Positions 19,847 to 30,203 of a DNA stretch of 64,000 nt are shown here, piece by piece. The DNA is from a virus (lineage: Duplodnaviria; Caudoviricetes). Positions within the stretch are counted from its first letter, which is position 1. Every line of letters begins with the position of its first letter. The notes beneath the pieces are model-generated. The model saw nothing but the letters and a program-made list of their open reading frames with translations, had not been told where the DNA came from and ran no database searches. The stretch lies in the IMG/VR virus record IMGVR_UViG_3300047159_000046, one strand, 5' to 3'. The position numbers and the translations under genes are program-made.

Positions 19847-21018
19847 CCGATAAAGAGCAAAAAATAGTAGAGAATATAGACAAGGAGATTGAAAGAATAG
19901 ACAATTCCCAATCAAATGTATATTTCTTTGTATTGGATACCAAAGGTGTTCCAGACGGTTCAGTTGAGTATATATACAAACTGGCAAAAATATTGTCCGA
20001 TAACGGAAAGAATGTCACTATGCTGTATCAGGAAAATCTGATTGACAAGAAAGACGACAAGGGAGTTATTGTCAAAGACGAGAATGGAAACAATATGAAA
20101 GAAGATCCTTTTGTTGGCGTTGAGAAATGGCTCGGAAAGGAATATTCTGAACTTCCCCATGTCAATACAATAAGCACAAATATTAATGTAAAATCATCTG
20201 ATATTCTGTTTATTCCAGAATTGTTCGCTTCTGTCATGAAAGAGACAAGAAAATTTCCATGCGAAAGAATTGTAATTGCACAAAATTATAATTTTATTGC
20301 CGAATCAATGCCTTTGGGTGACCAGTGGGGAGATTATGGAATTATCAAAGCGATAGTCCCTACACAAACAAATGCGGACCTTATAAAGGATTTGTTCCCG
20401 TATGTTTCCACTACGGTTATTGATCCTTATCTTGATGACTTATCATCCAAAACCGAAGAACTCCCAGAGTGTCTGGTTAATGTGGTATCAAAGAATGAAG
20501 AGGATATGCATAGAGTTATCAAACCATTTTATTGGAAATACCCTATGTTTAAGTGGATTACATTTAGAGAACTTAGAAATCTCCCTCAAAACGAGTTTAT
20601 AGACAGTCTTAAAAAAGCAGCATTTACTTTGTGGATTGATGATGATGACAATTTTGCATTGACACCGTTACAGGCCATGAACGCAGGTGCTATTGTTATA
20701 GGCAAAGTTCCAGATATATTGCCAGAATGGCTTGTTGAAAAGAAAGAGAACGGTTCTTTGAATGTCAAAAAATGCGGATATTGGTTCTCGGACCTGAAAG
20801 AAGCTCCAATTGCATTGGCTAATGTCATCAAGGATTGGATTACTGATAATATTCCGTCAGAAATAGGCAAAGCCCAGTATGATGCGTGGAATTCATATAA
20901 TGATAAAGGTAGAACCACAAAGGAAATTTATGATTATGTGAACAAGATATTTGATGATCATAAAAAGACGTTGTTAGAAATTAAAAACCAAATTGTAAAT
21001 AAAAATGAGAACAAGTAA
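19843..21018 (+). CDS. Glycosyltransferase, GT-B-like
   Basis: DILFIPE, LWIDD..FALTPLQAMNAGAIVIG. Confidence 0.7.
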   Translation: MTDKEQKIVENIDKEIERIDNSQSNVYFFVLDTKGVPDGSVEYIYKLAKILSDNGKNVTMLYQENLIDKKDDKGVIVKDENGNNMKEDPFVGVEKWLGKEYSELPHVNTISTNINVKSSDILFIPELFASVMKETRKFPCERIVIAQNYNFIAESMPLGDQWGDYGIIKAIVPTQTNADLIKDLFPYVSTTVIDPYLDDLSSKTEELPECLVNVVSKNEEDMHRVIKPFYWKYPMFKWITFRELRNLPQNEFIDSLKKAAFTLWIDDDDNFALTPLQAMNAGAIVIGKVPDILPEWLVEKKENGSLNVKKCGYWFSDLKEAPIALANVIKDWITDNIPSEIGKAQYDAWNSYNDKGRTTKEIYDYVNKIFDDHKKTLLEIKNQIVNKNENK

Positions 21019-21817
21019 AAAAATAGCATCAAAACAAAACATAAGCATCATCATTCCTGTTCATGAAATGAATGATACCGTAAAACCATTATATGAAAGA
21101 AGTCTTGAATCTGCAATAGCTACTGATTGTAATATTCTGGTTGTATCTGCAACAAATAAAATAAATGATGAGCTTCTCACTATTAAAAATGCGTTCAACA
21201 AGAATATCACTTATGCCATAAAGAACGATGAAAAGACAGATTTCTGTTCCATGGTGAATTTTGGAGTGGAGCATCTTGATAGTTCTTCTGATTATTTTAT
21301 GATACTTGAAATGGATGATGTGATAAATCCACAGGTGTTTAAACAGAATATCTATTCTTATATGAATGCCAAAAAAGATTATTCTGTATTTATTCCGCTT
21401 ACCTATTTGTTTAACAGTAAAGGCGATAAGTTTGAGGGATTTATTAATGAGCTTCCATTAACTCCATCTTTTTCAAAGGAGATTGGGTGTATAGACAAAG
21501 ACAGTCTTTCGGATGTGTTTGTATTTAATTTAACTGGTGCGGTATTCAGCAAAGAAGTCTGGAATAGACTTGGTGGACTTAAAAGCTCAATAAAGGTTTA
21601 TTTCTGGTATGAGCTTATGCTGAGATATACAAGTCATGATGTCAATTTCTTCGTATATCCTAAAGTGGCATATCATCATTATCTGCAACGTGAAAACTCA
21701 TTGTTTGATACTTATGTTAAAACCGTAAGCGAAAAGGAAAACAAGTTCTGGCTGGATGTGGCAAAGAACAATTACACAAATAACGATGACGCTTTTGTGT
21801 ATAACAATAAGGATTAA
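21005..21817 (+). CDS. Glycosyltransferase family 2
   Basis: ISIIIPVH, NFGV, ILEMDD, LGGL. Confidence 0.8.
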   Translation: MRTSKKIASKQNISIIIPVHEMNDTVKPLYERSLESAIATDCNILVVSATNKINDELLTIKNAFNKNITYAIKNDEKTDFCSMVNFGVEHLDSSSDYFMILEMDDVINPQVFKQNIYSYMNAKKDYSVFIPLTYLFNSKGDKFEGFINELPLTPSFSKEIGCIDKDSLSDVFVFNLTGAVFSKEVWNRLGGLKSSIKVYFWYELMLRYTSHDVNFFVYPKVAYHHYLQRENSLFDTYVKTVSEKENKFWLDVAKNNYTNNDDAFVYNNKD

Positions 21818-21892
21818 AAAGTCCTGAATAAAAAGAATTGTTATGCCATGTTTGTGAAAATATGACATCAATTCTTTTTTTTATTTAAAAAT

Positions 21893-22615
21893 ATGCCAAG
21901 AAAAAAGAAACAAAATGGCTACTTCTATGAAAGAGAAGAAAAAGCCGTGTCTGATTACAATAAGGCAGATACATTTGAGGAGAAAAATAAGATTTATAGT
22001 GAAATCTTACATCCAGCACTTACGAAAATGGTAGAGTCAATTATCCGAAGATATAGACTCTATATTCCAGACGAAGAATATGATTTAACATTCACTGATT
22101 GTTTGAGCTTTCTTATGGTACAGATTGAAAAATTCAATCCAGAAAGAGGACACAAGGCTTATTCGTATCTTGGAACAATATGTAAAAATCATCTTATATT
22201 CAAGATAAAAAAATTCAAAGAAGAAGAAAAGAAATATACATCTTTTGAAAGCAATCAGGATGTTTACGAGAATGATGAAAATCTTACGGAGGAAACCGAT
22301 TTTCTTGGAGAAAATTCTTTTTTTGACGATCTTATCATCAATACCAAGAAAAAAATTCAGTTTATGCTTGACAACAAAAATAAATTCGGTTTGAACATGG
22401 ATGAATACAAGATTGGAAGCAGCCTGATATTCCTACTTGAACATTGGGATGATATTTTTAGCAGCAATATGGGATCAAATAAGTTTAACAAGGCAACGGT
22501 ATTGTTTTTCTTGAAAGAGAACACTCTTATGGACACAAAAGAAGTAAGAAAAAATCTCAAAAAATACAAGGATGTTTATGTTGAAATAAAGAAAAAAATG
22601 TTAAAAAATGACTAA
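21893..22615 (+). CDS. Late-transcription sigma factor (T4 gp55-like)
   Basis: KMVESIIRRY..DCLSFL..KFNPERGHKAYSYLGTICKN matches sigma region 2 of gp55-like factors. Confidence 0.7.
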   Translation: MPRKKKQNGYFYEREEKAVSDYNKADTFEEKNKIYSEILHPALTKMVESIIRRYRLYIPDEEYDLTFTDCLSFLMVQIEKFNPERGHKAYSYLGTICKNHLIFKIKKFKEEEKKYTSFESNQDVYENDENLTEETDFLGENSFFDDLIINTKKKIQFMLDNKNKFGLNMDEYKIGSSLIFLLEHWDDIFSSNMGSNKFNKATVLFFLKENTLMDTKEVRKNLKKYKDVYVEIKKKMLKND

Positions 22616-22643
22616 TTATCAATAGAATATAAACACTAAAAAT

Positions 22644-23042
22644 ATGGGCAAAAAAGTTGATTATAGAATTGAGTTGAATTCATTATCCAATCTGCAGAAT
22701 CTGTTGCAGGAATCGTATGATATCACAACCGAACAGATTAATAGCGCACAACAGGAAATGAACAAATTGACCGCATCCACAGACTTAAAAGAAGAACTTA
22801 TGGATGGAAAGGCAAAGTATTCAAAGGCTTTGCACGATTTTATGACAGACAAGGACAGGGCATTGTCAAGAAGAATAGAAATAGCCAAACTTATGGCAGA
22901 AGTCATAAAAGAGAATGGAAATTCAAAAAGAGCTTTTGATGAGATAGAAGGAGAAAACGCTTTCAATGTAGACGTTAATTCTCTGAATGAATTGCTCAGA
23001 AACTCTCCAAAAGAAACACCAAAGAAAGAAAGACTTTATTAA
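22644..23042 (+). CDS. Hypothetical coiled-coil protein
   Basis: 132-aa helical ORF after the sigma gene. Confidence 0.65.
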   Translation: MGKKVDYRIELNSLSNLQNLLQESYDITTEQINSAQQEMNKLTASTDLKEELMDGKAKYSKALHDFMTDKDRALSRRIEIAKLMAEVIKENGNSKRAFDEIEGENAFNVDVNSLNELLRNSPKETPKKERLY

Positions 23043-23053
23043 TATAAAAACAA

Positions 23054-25698
23054 ATGCAGACAATATACGAAAAGAAAGAAGAAACGATAGGAATGATAGA
23101 CGCTTTTTTATCAATGATAGAAAAGCTAAAGGCAACCTATGAAAACACTTCATTGTCTCTTCATTATACCAATAATAGTTCACTGCGCTATCTATTTGAT
23201 TTATACAAATCAATAGCTGGCAATACAGAAGGACTGCAATCATTGATATTGAAGATTCTTACCAATTCGTTGCCTGCGTTTGAAGCAGCCGTAAAGGCTT
23301 ATCTTTTAGCCAATATAAAAACAAGCATCAGCTGCGGAAGCGATCCTATCATACCAGACGATATGAGGGAATTTTACTATGATTCCAACTATACATTGTA
23401 TCGGGTACAATATTTCAACACCAAAGTCCAATCCGACTGGGTGAATTCAAAAGTCATAGAATTGGATAATGTGCATTTTGGGAAAGGACTTGATTTCAGC
23501 GTAACAAGCCTTGATTTTTGTGATAAGCTGGATGTAAGTCCTTTCGATTCTGGAAAAAAGGGCAATCTGATGTATTTTGGAATCAATGAGCATACCACTC
23601 CATACGATTTATGCAGAAGCAATGATTTTGACGCTTTTATATGGTACACAATGAACAAGGCTGTTTACTATTCTGCTTACCAATATTATGATACCAAAAA
23701 CGATACCGCAACCGCAAAAGAAAAATCATTTTCATTATTTACAAACTCCAATTATATATGTTGCTACGAAGCAGAAGGTAAAAAGTATAAGGATATAACA
23801 TCGGATTCGGACCAAAGTTTTAATTTGTTGAGCTATTTCTATATCAAGAATACCAATGACGGGGAAATATTAAAGAATGTAGCCCCAGGAACAGCTTATA
23901 AATATCATAATGGTTCAAGTATATTGCTTTGTACTGAAACGCTTGCAGACGAAAGCGGAAACACTAAATATGCAAGATTTTTCCCTGCCACTGATGATTA
24001 TAAAGGTTCTATCTGGCATATAGACAGTTTCTGTTATGCAGGGAATGATCTTAAACCACAATTCTCACAATCAACGGAAAATGTATATGCCAAAAGTACA
24101 GCAACTCCAGCAGAGGCGATTGAATTGGAAAAAACAGGAGCAAACAGTAACAGTCATGCCCGTGAATACAACAAGGAAAAAGGAATATTGAAACTTGAAT
24201 ACTATGGAATAACCAATAATCTATCAAGAAATTATGCATTTACGGAATCATCCGTTTCAATGGGAACACATGCGGTTAAAAATAACAGCAAGCTGAATTT
24301 CAAGATACTGCCTAAACCGTTTATTCATTATCCTTGCGTTGATAAGAGATTCCCAGAAAATCCGCTTGATACAAAGAAAATATTGTTTAACGCCAAGGGA
24401 AAACCAGATAAGAATGGCAATTTTTCATGCTTGGTTGATCCTACCTATACGGCAAATACCAATTATAATTATTGTGACGATTCTGGTTCCACATGGTCAC
24501 CTACGGATATCAACTCACAGATTCAGGACCCAACATCTCCATCAGGAAGTATAAAGACAAATTATGATATCATAAACACGAGTACAGCATCTACAGAAAA
24601 TCCAATATATGAATTGAGATATAGAATTCTTGATTATAAAACATTTAAAGACTATGCTAATGGAATTGCATCGGAAGCGGATGTGGCATCCAATTACATA
24701 GGGTGGTTATACTTTACAAAAGACGGATCTTATTTTTTGAAAATGAACGATGGACATAGAATACAGGAATGTCTGTATGAATGTTATACGGGATTGACAA
24801 TTTATCAGTTCAATTATGATTATGTGATGGGAATGCAGCTTTTTGATGCCAAAAACATACTTTCTACTGCGTTTGATTTGACATTCAATCTGGGGGCTTC
24901 TTATTCATTAAATCTCACCACCAAACAATATATGGACAGACAAAAAATAATTTCCATAATAAAAAGCATGTGTGATGCGGATTCAAGCGTTGCGAGTGAT
25001 TGCTTCTATTCATTCAGCAATACCAAATATGAATCAATGTTGAATGATGCGGAAACAAAAAGAAAAATGGATATAAATTTAATGGTTCTGATTACGGTAA
25101 TGTTAATGTTGATTTCAGCGGAGTAAAAGATATTCTTGATGAATATGACGATAATGCCACTCTAAATGAAAGGGTTGATGTGTTGTCCCGTGCACTGACA
25201 CAGGCTAATGTATCTGTTACAGAAATAGGTACAGATCAGGCGGATGAGGTAAATCCTACGGCTTCTCTTGAATTTGTTGAGAATTTGATAAACAACCTTG
25301 TTGCCGCTTTGGTATATTCAATCATAACACCTAAAATAGTCATGCTTCTGTCTGTAAATAAGGCTCTTATGGGAGACCATTCCGATTATAGCTCGGTAGA
25401 ATCCTTTTTGAAAGCAATACAGAATATCATACTTGGACTTGTACAGAAAATATACGAGATGGTTCTTGAAGAAGTATTGGCTTTTGTCATGGAAAAGTTG
25501 AAAGTTATAATTGATTTATGGAGCAGCATATTGTTGCAGGAATATACAGCCAAATACAGACGTTTGATAGAACTTATGAAACTTGATTGTACTGGTGACT
25601 GGATGCATAGAAGAACGTTGAATGTTCAAATAGGAGATGTCAATTATGCTGATATAGACAACACCAACACTCCTGTTGATGATTCATGTCCAGAATAA
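23054..25698 (+). CDS. Large putative virion/baseplate protein, split by a -1 frameshift at about 25060-25067
   Basis: ORFs 23054-25126 and 25180-25698 join through the open -1 frame NGYKFNGSDYGNVNVDFSGVKDILDEY..VLSRAL if one A is added in the A5 run. Confidence 0.65.
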
Positions 25699-25720
25699 CA
25701 AGATATAAATATTTATTAAT

Positions 25721-26119
25721 ATGGCCACAACAATAGAAAATATAGTAAATAAGATTAAATCGGCATTGAATAGCGCAAGACCGAAAGCAATGAATATTCC
25801 TGGTATTTTTATGCTTTGTTCTTTGGCAAAAAGACCTGGATTGTCCGTTTCTGTAAGTACCTCAATTACAGTAAGCAAATTAAAGGTTCTTGGATTTCCG
25901 ACTGGGACACTTCCAGACGGTCAGGAAAATATGACGGTTAATTTTGTTCATTCTTTGTTTGAGGAAAATTACAGGGCAATAAATGAAGATGCGGTCATGC
26001 AGGGCAGACTTGGAATAGGCGATATAACCATACAGGCAACGGGAGCCAATGCAGGAGGTCCTGTGACGGTAGTTGGAAACAATATGCTCCCTGTTGATTT
26101 TAAAGGATTGCTGAAATAA
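25721..26119 (+). CDS. Putative baseplate/structural protein
   Basis: KRPGLS, GANAGGPV; adjacent to the gp5-like gene. Confidence 0.55.
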   Translation: MATTIENIVNKIKSALNSARPKAMNIPGIFMLCSLAKRPGLSVSVSTSITVSKLKVLGFPTGTLPDGQENMTVNFVHSLFEENYRAINEDAVMQGRLGIGDITIQATGANAGGPVTVVGNNMLPVDFKGLLK

Positions 26120-26148
26120 TAATATAATTAAATTAAATTAAATAAAAT

Positions 26149-27051
26149 ATGCCAATATTACATGATAATCAAAATCCAATCATGTGTTTTATCGGTAAAG
26201 TCATTAGTGTTGATGACGAATCCGATGGAATGAGAATTAAAGCTTTTATTTCTGGTGATTTGGCTAACAATATACCTTATGCCTTTCCTTTGCTTCCAAA
26301 GATGTTTCAGGTCAGACCAAAAGTTGGAGAGGCGGTTATGGTTTTTCTATCAAAACTGAATGATAGAAGAAGCGATAGGTTTTATGTCGGTCCAATTGTA
26401 AGTCAACCTCAATTTTTACAGAATGCACAATATGAATCTTCTTTGTCTTTATTCAAGGATAAAATCCTGCAACCTCTTGAATCCATCAAAAAGGAAGATG
26501 GAATAACCAAAGGAGCTTTTCCTCCAGAAGATAATGTTTCATTGGTAGGAAGAGATTCGGAAGACTTGTCAATGGGTAATGGTACGGTCACATTGAGGGC
26601 TGGAGCAAGAAAAGCCATGGACAATATGGATAATAAATCCTTAATCGGGAATGTGGCTTTTGATAATGACAAGGCTTCGTTCATTATGCTTAGGAAAAAA
26701 GATGGACTCATTCCAGACACTGTTGAAAATACAGATAATGGTGCTGATAGTGTGGCTGTTATTGCTGCTGATAAGTTCGCATTTATGTCAAAGAAACAAA
26801 AAGATGCCTCCTTTGAAAAGTATGATAATGAAAGCATGATTAAAGATGAGGATTTTGACAAGATTATGCAGAAACTGCATCAGATTCCGTATGGAGATAA
26901 GTTGGTGGAGGTTCTTAAAGATATGCGTTCTGCAATATCCAATCATGTTCACCCTTGGGCTGGACTACCCCCATGTAACGATGAGACGGTAAAAAGAATG
27001 AATGAATACAATCTTGACGATATCTTGTCAAAGAATGCGAGGATAAGCTAA
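26149..27051 (+). CDS. Baseplate hub/central spike (gp5/GpV-like OB fold)
   Basis: GKVISVDD..RIKA..YAFPL..PKVGEAVMV; C-terminal metal-binding NHVHP. Confidence 0.75.
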   Translation: MPILHDNQNPIMCFIGKVISVDDESDGMRIKAFISGDLANNIPYAFPLLPKMFQVRPKVGEAVMVFLSKLNDRRSDRFYVGPIVSQPQFLQNAQYESSLSLFKDKILQPLESIKKEDGITKGAFPPEDNVSLVGRDSEDLSMGNGTVTLRAGARKAMDNMDNKSLIGNVAFDNDKASFIMLRKKDGLIPDTVENTDNGADSVAVIAADKFAFMSKKQKDASFEKYDNESMIKDEDFDKIMQKLHQIPYGDKLVEVLKDMRSAISNHVHPWAGLPPCNDETVKRMNEYNLDDILSKNARIS

Positions 27052-27156
27052 ATATATGCGTATACGGTATGTTTTTCGTGTAATTAACGAATTTCATACC
27101 TGAAAAATATCAATTTTTATAGATATATTATCTATTTATAATAAAAGTAAACAAAA

Positions 27157-28113
27157 ATGAGAAGAAGAAATTTAGACCGAATTATTGATGAGTGTATCAA
27201 TAGAGAGGTTATGAATAGTAGACGATATGCCAATAATTATGGATATATCGATGAGGGCTTTATGGATACCAGAATGGGAAAGGCCATGGGACGTGGAATA
27301 TCCAAAGCAGGAATGGGGATAGGAAATAGACTCTCAAAATGGGGAAACAGTCTGAGTAATGTAGCATCAAACTATGGAAGAAGATTTGCCAACACTGGAT
27401 CTAATGGAGGAAATCAGACAGGTAATCAACCTTCTTATCAAGAAAATCCACTTCCTACAGGCAATAATAACACCAATTATAATGATCCTGATGATGATGA
27501 CGAAGAAGAAATGACTAATCAGACAAATTCAGATAACGGTGCTAATTATGATGAGGAGGATACCGATAATAATCAAGCAGGTTCCGATAATGCTTCTAAT
27601 TATGATGAGGGTGATGATGATAATACTCAAGCAGGTTCCGATGATTATGGACAACCACAAGGAAATGCTAATGGTTACTCCAATGATGATGAAGATGATT
27701 ATGATGAAGATGATAATGACGCAGGTTATGGGGAAGCAGGGAATGTTGCTCCTCAGCAGCGAGTAAGAACACCAAGAGGACCTCGTATGACTCCAGATCA
27801 ACGCAAATATAAAGGAATGATCAGAAGGGTTGACAAAAATATACCTGTCATGGATCAGGATATAACAGATTTGACACACGATGGATATATCAATAGAAAT
27901 ATAGGTAATTATGCCATAAATGGTCTCAAAAAGGTTAAAAAGAATATTGATTTGGCCAATAATAGAAATATGGGAACGGAGAAAAGACAAAGAGCGCAAA
28001 GACAACCAGATTATCAACATATACAAGCAAGAAAATTTGAGCAGCAATGGCGTCAGCAGCAGAAAGCTAATCAAATGTCAAACAATCAAATGTCAGATTC
28101 AATGAGATGGTAA
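27157..28113 (+). CDS. Putative internal head (cargo) protein, low complexity (Asn/Asp/Gln-rich)
   Basis: MRRRNLDRIIDE..YIDE-GFMD leader; TATTTAT at 27133; internal NYDE.D.DN.QAGSD repeats. Confidence 0.7.
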   Translation: MRRRNLDRIIDECINREVMNSRRYANNYGYIDEGFMDTRMGKAMGRGISKAGMGIGNRLSKWGNSLSNVASNYGRRFANTGSNGGNQTGNQPSYQENPLPTGNNNTNYNDPDDDDEEEMTNQTNSDNGANYDEEDTDNNQAGSDNASNYDEGDDDNTQAGSDDYGQPQGNANGYSNDDEDDYDEDDNDAGYGEAGNVAPQQRVRTPRGPRMTPDQRKYKGMIRRVDKNIPVMDQDITDLTHDGYINRNIGNYAINGLKKVKKNIDLANNRNMGTEKRQRAQRQPDYQHIQARKFEQQWRQQQKANQMSNNQMSDSMRW

Positions 28114-28146
28114 TGATGATTAATCTTATTTAATAGCTTATAATAT

Positions 28147-28183
28147 AAAAAGGCGGAACAATTAATGTTGTTCCGCCTTTTTT
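28147..28183. terminator. Bidirectional intrinsic terminator
   Basis: AAAAAGGCGGAACAA..TTGTTCCGCCTTTTT. Confidence 0.85.
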
Positions 28184-28201
28184 GTGGTATATATATTCTA
28201 T

Positions 28202-28534
28202 TTATTGCATTTCTTTCAAGTGTTGAATTTCACTTGAAATACACTTAAAATAAGCCCATATATAATCTTTAATATATTGACCAAATTGTTCATTTTCGTT
28301 TTCCATTAATGATTGACTACTGTTTACTCCCATTTGTGCATATTGTTGAATAGAATCAATCAATTGTTGTTTCTGGTGCTGATTCTGCTGATCATTATCC
28401 ATTTGATCTTGTCCTTTACGAAAACCTTGATAAGCTCCTTTCATCTTATCCATAAAACCTTCGTTCAAGATATTATTGACAGATTCTCTTATTACATTGT
28501 GGAGCTGTCCCTCCGTTAATCTTACTCTTCTCAT
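28202..28534 (-). CDS. Putative internal head (cargo) protein with MRRVRLTE leader
   Basis: True start 28534 MRRVRLTEGQLHNVIRESVNNILNE-GFMDK; TATTTAT at 28553-28559. Confidence 0.8.
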   Translation of the reverse strand: MRRVRLTEGQLHNVIRESVNNILNEGFMDKMKGAYQGFRKGQDQMDNDQQNQHQKQQLIDSIQQYAQMGVNSSQSLMENENEQFGQYIKDYIWAYFKCISSEIQHLKEMQ

Positions 28535-28563
28535 ATTTTTATTTCTTTTCCTATAAATATCTG

Positions 28564-28595
28564 CAAAATTATGATAATTCGCCCCCCCCCGCAAA
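28564..28595 (-). promoter_or_regulatory. Bacteroidetes-type promoter with a G9 tract in the spacer
   Basis: TTTG-cGGGGGGGGGcgaattatca-TAATTTTG (20-nt spacer). Confidence 0.55.
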
Positions 28596-28748
28596 TACCG
28601 TGCCAGACGTGAAACAATGTTAAAATATTTACACAAAAATAGTTGCAATTTGTGTAATTATAGTATTTATAAATCGTTTTATCAAACAGAGAAAACACAT
28701 TGAAAAGTATTATTTTCTGTTACTATTTATGATAAAACGATAACAAAC

Positions 28749-30200
28749 ATGAATATCATTACCCGTTTAAGCAAAGTAAACGTATTGGTTCAGAATAGCG
28801 ATTACAATATAGGAATAAATCCAGTTGCAGAACTTATATATGGAAACGGAATCAGCAGAATAATAGCCTATTTCGATATGGAAAAACTTATAAATCAATA
28901 TAAAGACAAAACCATTATTGATTTGAAAAAGTTGACGCATCGTCTGTTTATGAAAAATTGCGGAAGTATAGACTATACGCAGCTTCATCAGGTTTATTCA
29001 TCATCGACCAACAGTTCTGATAAACTAAGAGCATCCTCTTTTGATTTGATATTCTTTCTTGTTCCTATGGAATGGGATGGTGGAAAAGGATTCGATTATC
29101 AATCATCCTATTTCAACAAGTCTTATATAAAACAGAATGATATGGAAATGGATGGTAGAAAATTGCTTTCCAAAGACGGAGCAACATGGTTTAAAGCCAG
29201 AAACGGATATCAATGGGATAATGACGGAATATATACAAATGATTATTTATCAGAACAATACGACAAATTTGCTCAAGGACAGGATAGTATAGTAATAGCA
29301 AGACAACATTTTGATATAGGAAATGAAGATATAAATGTTGATATTACAGATACCGTTAATAAATTCATAGAGGGGAAATTATGCAATTATGGAATAGGAA
29401 TAGCATATTCCCCAATGCTGGAAATACAGGAAACGAAAATGCAAAATTATGTCGGATTCTTTACCAACAAAACCAATACATTTTTTGAGCCTGCTTTAAT
29501 TTCCAACTATAATGATATTGTCGATGATTCACGTTCCAATTTTTGTCTAAATAAGACAAACAGGTTATATCTATATTCAAATATCAATGGAATGCTTGAA
29601 AATCTTGATGAAATGCCCAAATGCTCAATAAGCGGGAAAGATTATGATGTCAAACAATCATCCAAAGGAATATATTATATTGAGGTTAAATTGTCATCAT
29701 CTGATGGATACGAGGGAGGAACCATGTATCGTGATATATGGACCAATCTTAAATACAACGGAGACGAAATAGAAGATGCTGAATTGTATTTTACCACCAA
29801 GCCAGCAAAGATCGCATTCAATGTGGGTTCATCAATAGAAACCAAACCTGCTTTTGTCCTGAATGCTTACGGAATAACAAACGATGAAAAGATTCACAGG
29901 GGGGATATTAGAAAAATTGGAATATCAGCACGAGTTCCATATACCAATGAGGAATGTCAGCTGGTGGATAAAATGGAATTGCGATTATATGTAAAAGACG
30001 GTGAATCCGAAATAGATGTTTTCCCATTTGACAGCGTGAACAAATCATATCTCGAAAATTATTATATGATAGATACATCTTCTTTAATTCCTTCTACTTA
30101 TTATATTGATATTCGATTGAATTATAATATGGAGAAAAGAGTTCATAAGGATGTATTGCATTTTGAGGTGATAAATGATGAGACTCATAAGTATTTTTAA
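28749..30200 (+). CDS. Putative virion structural protein
   Basis: 483 aa, beta-rich (W.GGKGFDY, QHFDIGNED, TNTFFEP); TATTTAT at 28724. Confidence 0.6.
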   Translation: MNIITRLSKVNVLVQNSDYNIGINPVAELIYGNGISRIIAYFDMEKLINQYKDKTIIDLKKLTHRLFMKNCGSIDYTQLHQVYSSSTNSSDKLRASSFDLIFFLVPMEWDGGKGFDYQSSYFNKSYIKQNDMEMDGRKLLSKDGATWFKARNGYQWDNDGIYTNDYLSEQYDKFAQGQDSIVIARQHFDIGNEDINVDITDTVNKFIEGKLCNYGIGIAYSPMLEIQETKMQNYVGFFTNKTNTFFEPALISNYNDIVDDSRSNFCLNKTNRLYLYSNINGMLENLDEMPKCSISGKDYDVKQSSKGIYYIEVKLSSSDGYEGGTMYRDIWTNLKYNGDEIEDAELYFTTKPAKIAFNVGSSIETKPAFVLNAYGITNDEKIHRGDIRKIGISARVPYTNEECQLVDKMELRLYVKDGESEIDVFPFDSVNKSYLENYYMIDTSSLIPSTYYIDIRLNYNMEKRVHKDVLHFEVINDETHKYF

Positions 30201-30203
30201 TTT

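Noticed and set aside
25057-25067. Programmed frameshift or pseudogene in the 23054-25698 structural gene
   Set aside because: A single-base loss in an A5 run with no canonical slippery heptamer; most simply a long-read homopolymer error. Needs read-level checking.
30044-30054. TCATATCTCGA match to the TnpB copy 2 guide (self-targeting)
   Set aside because: Only 11 nt, not preceded by GT, and expected by chance in AT-rich DNA.
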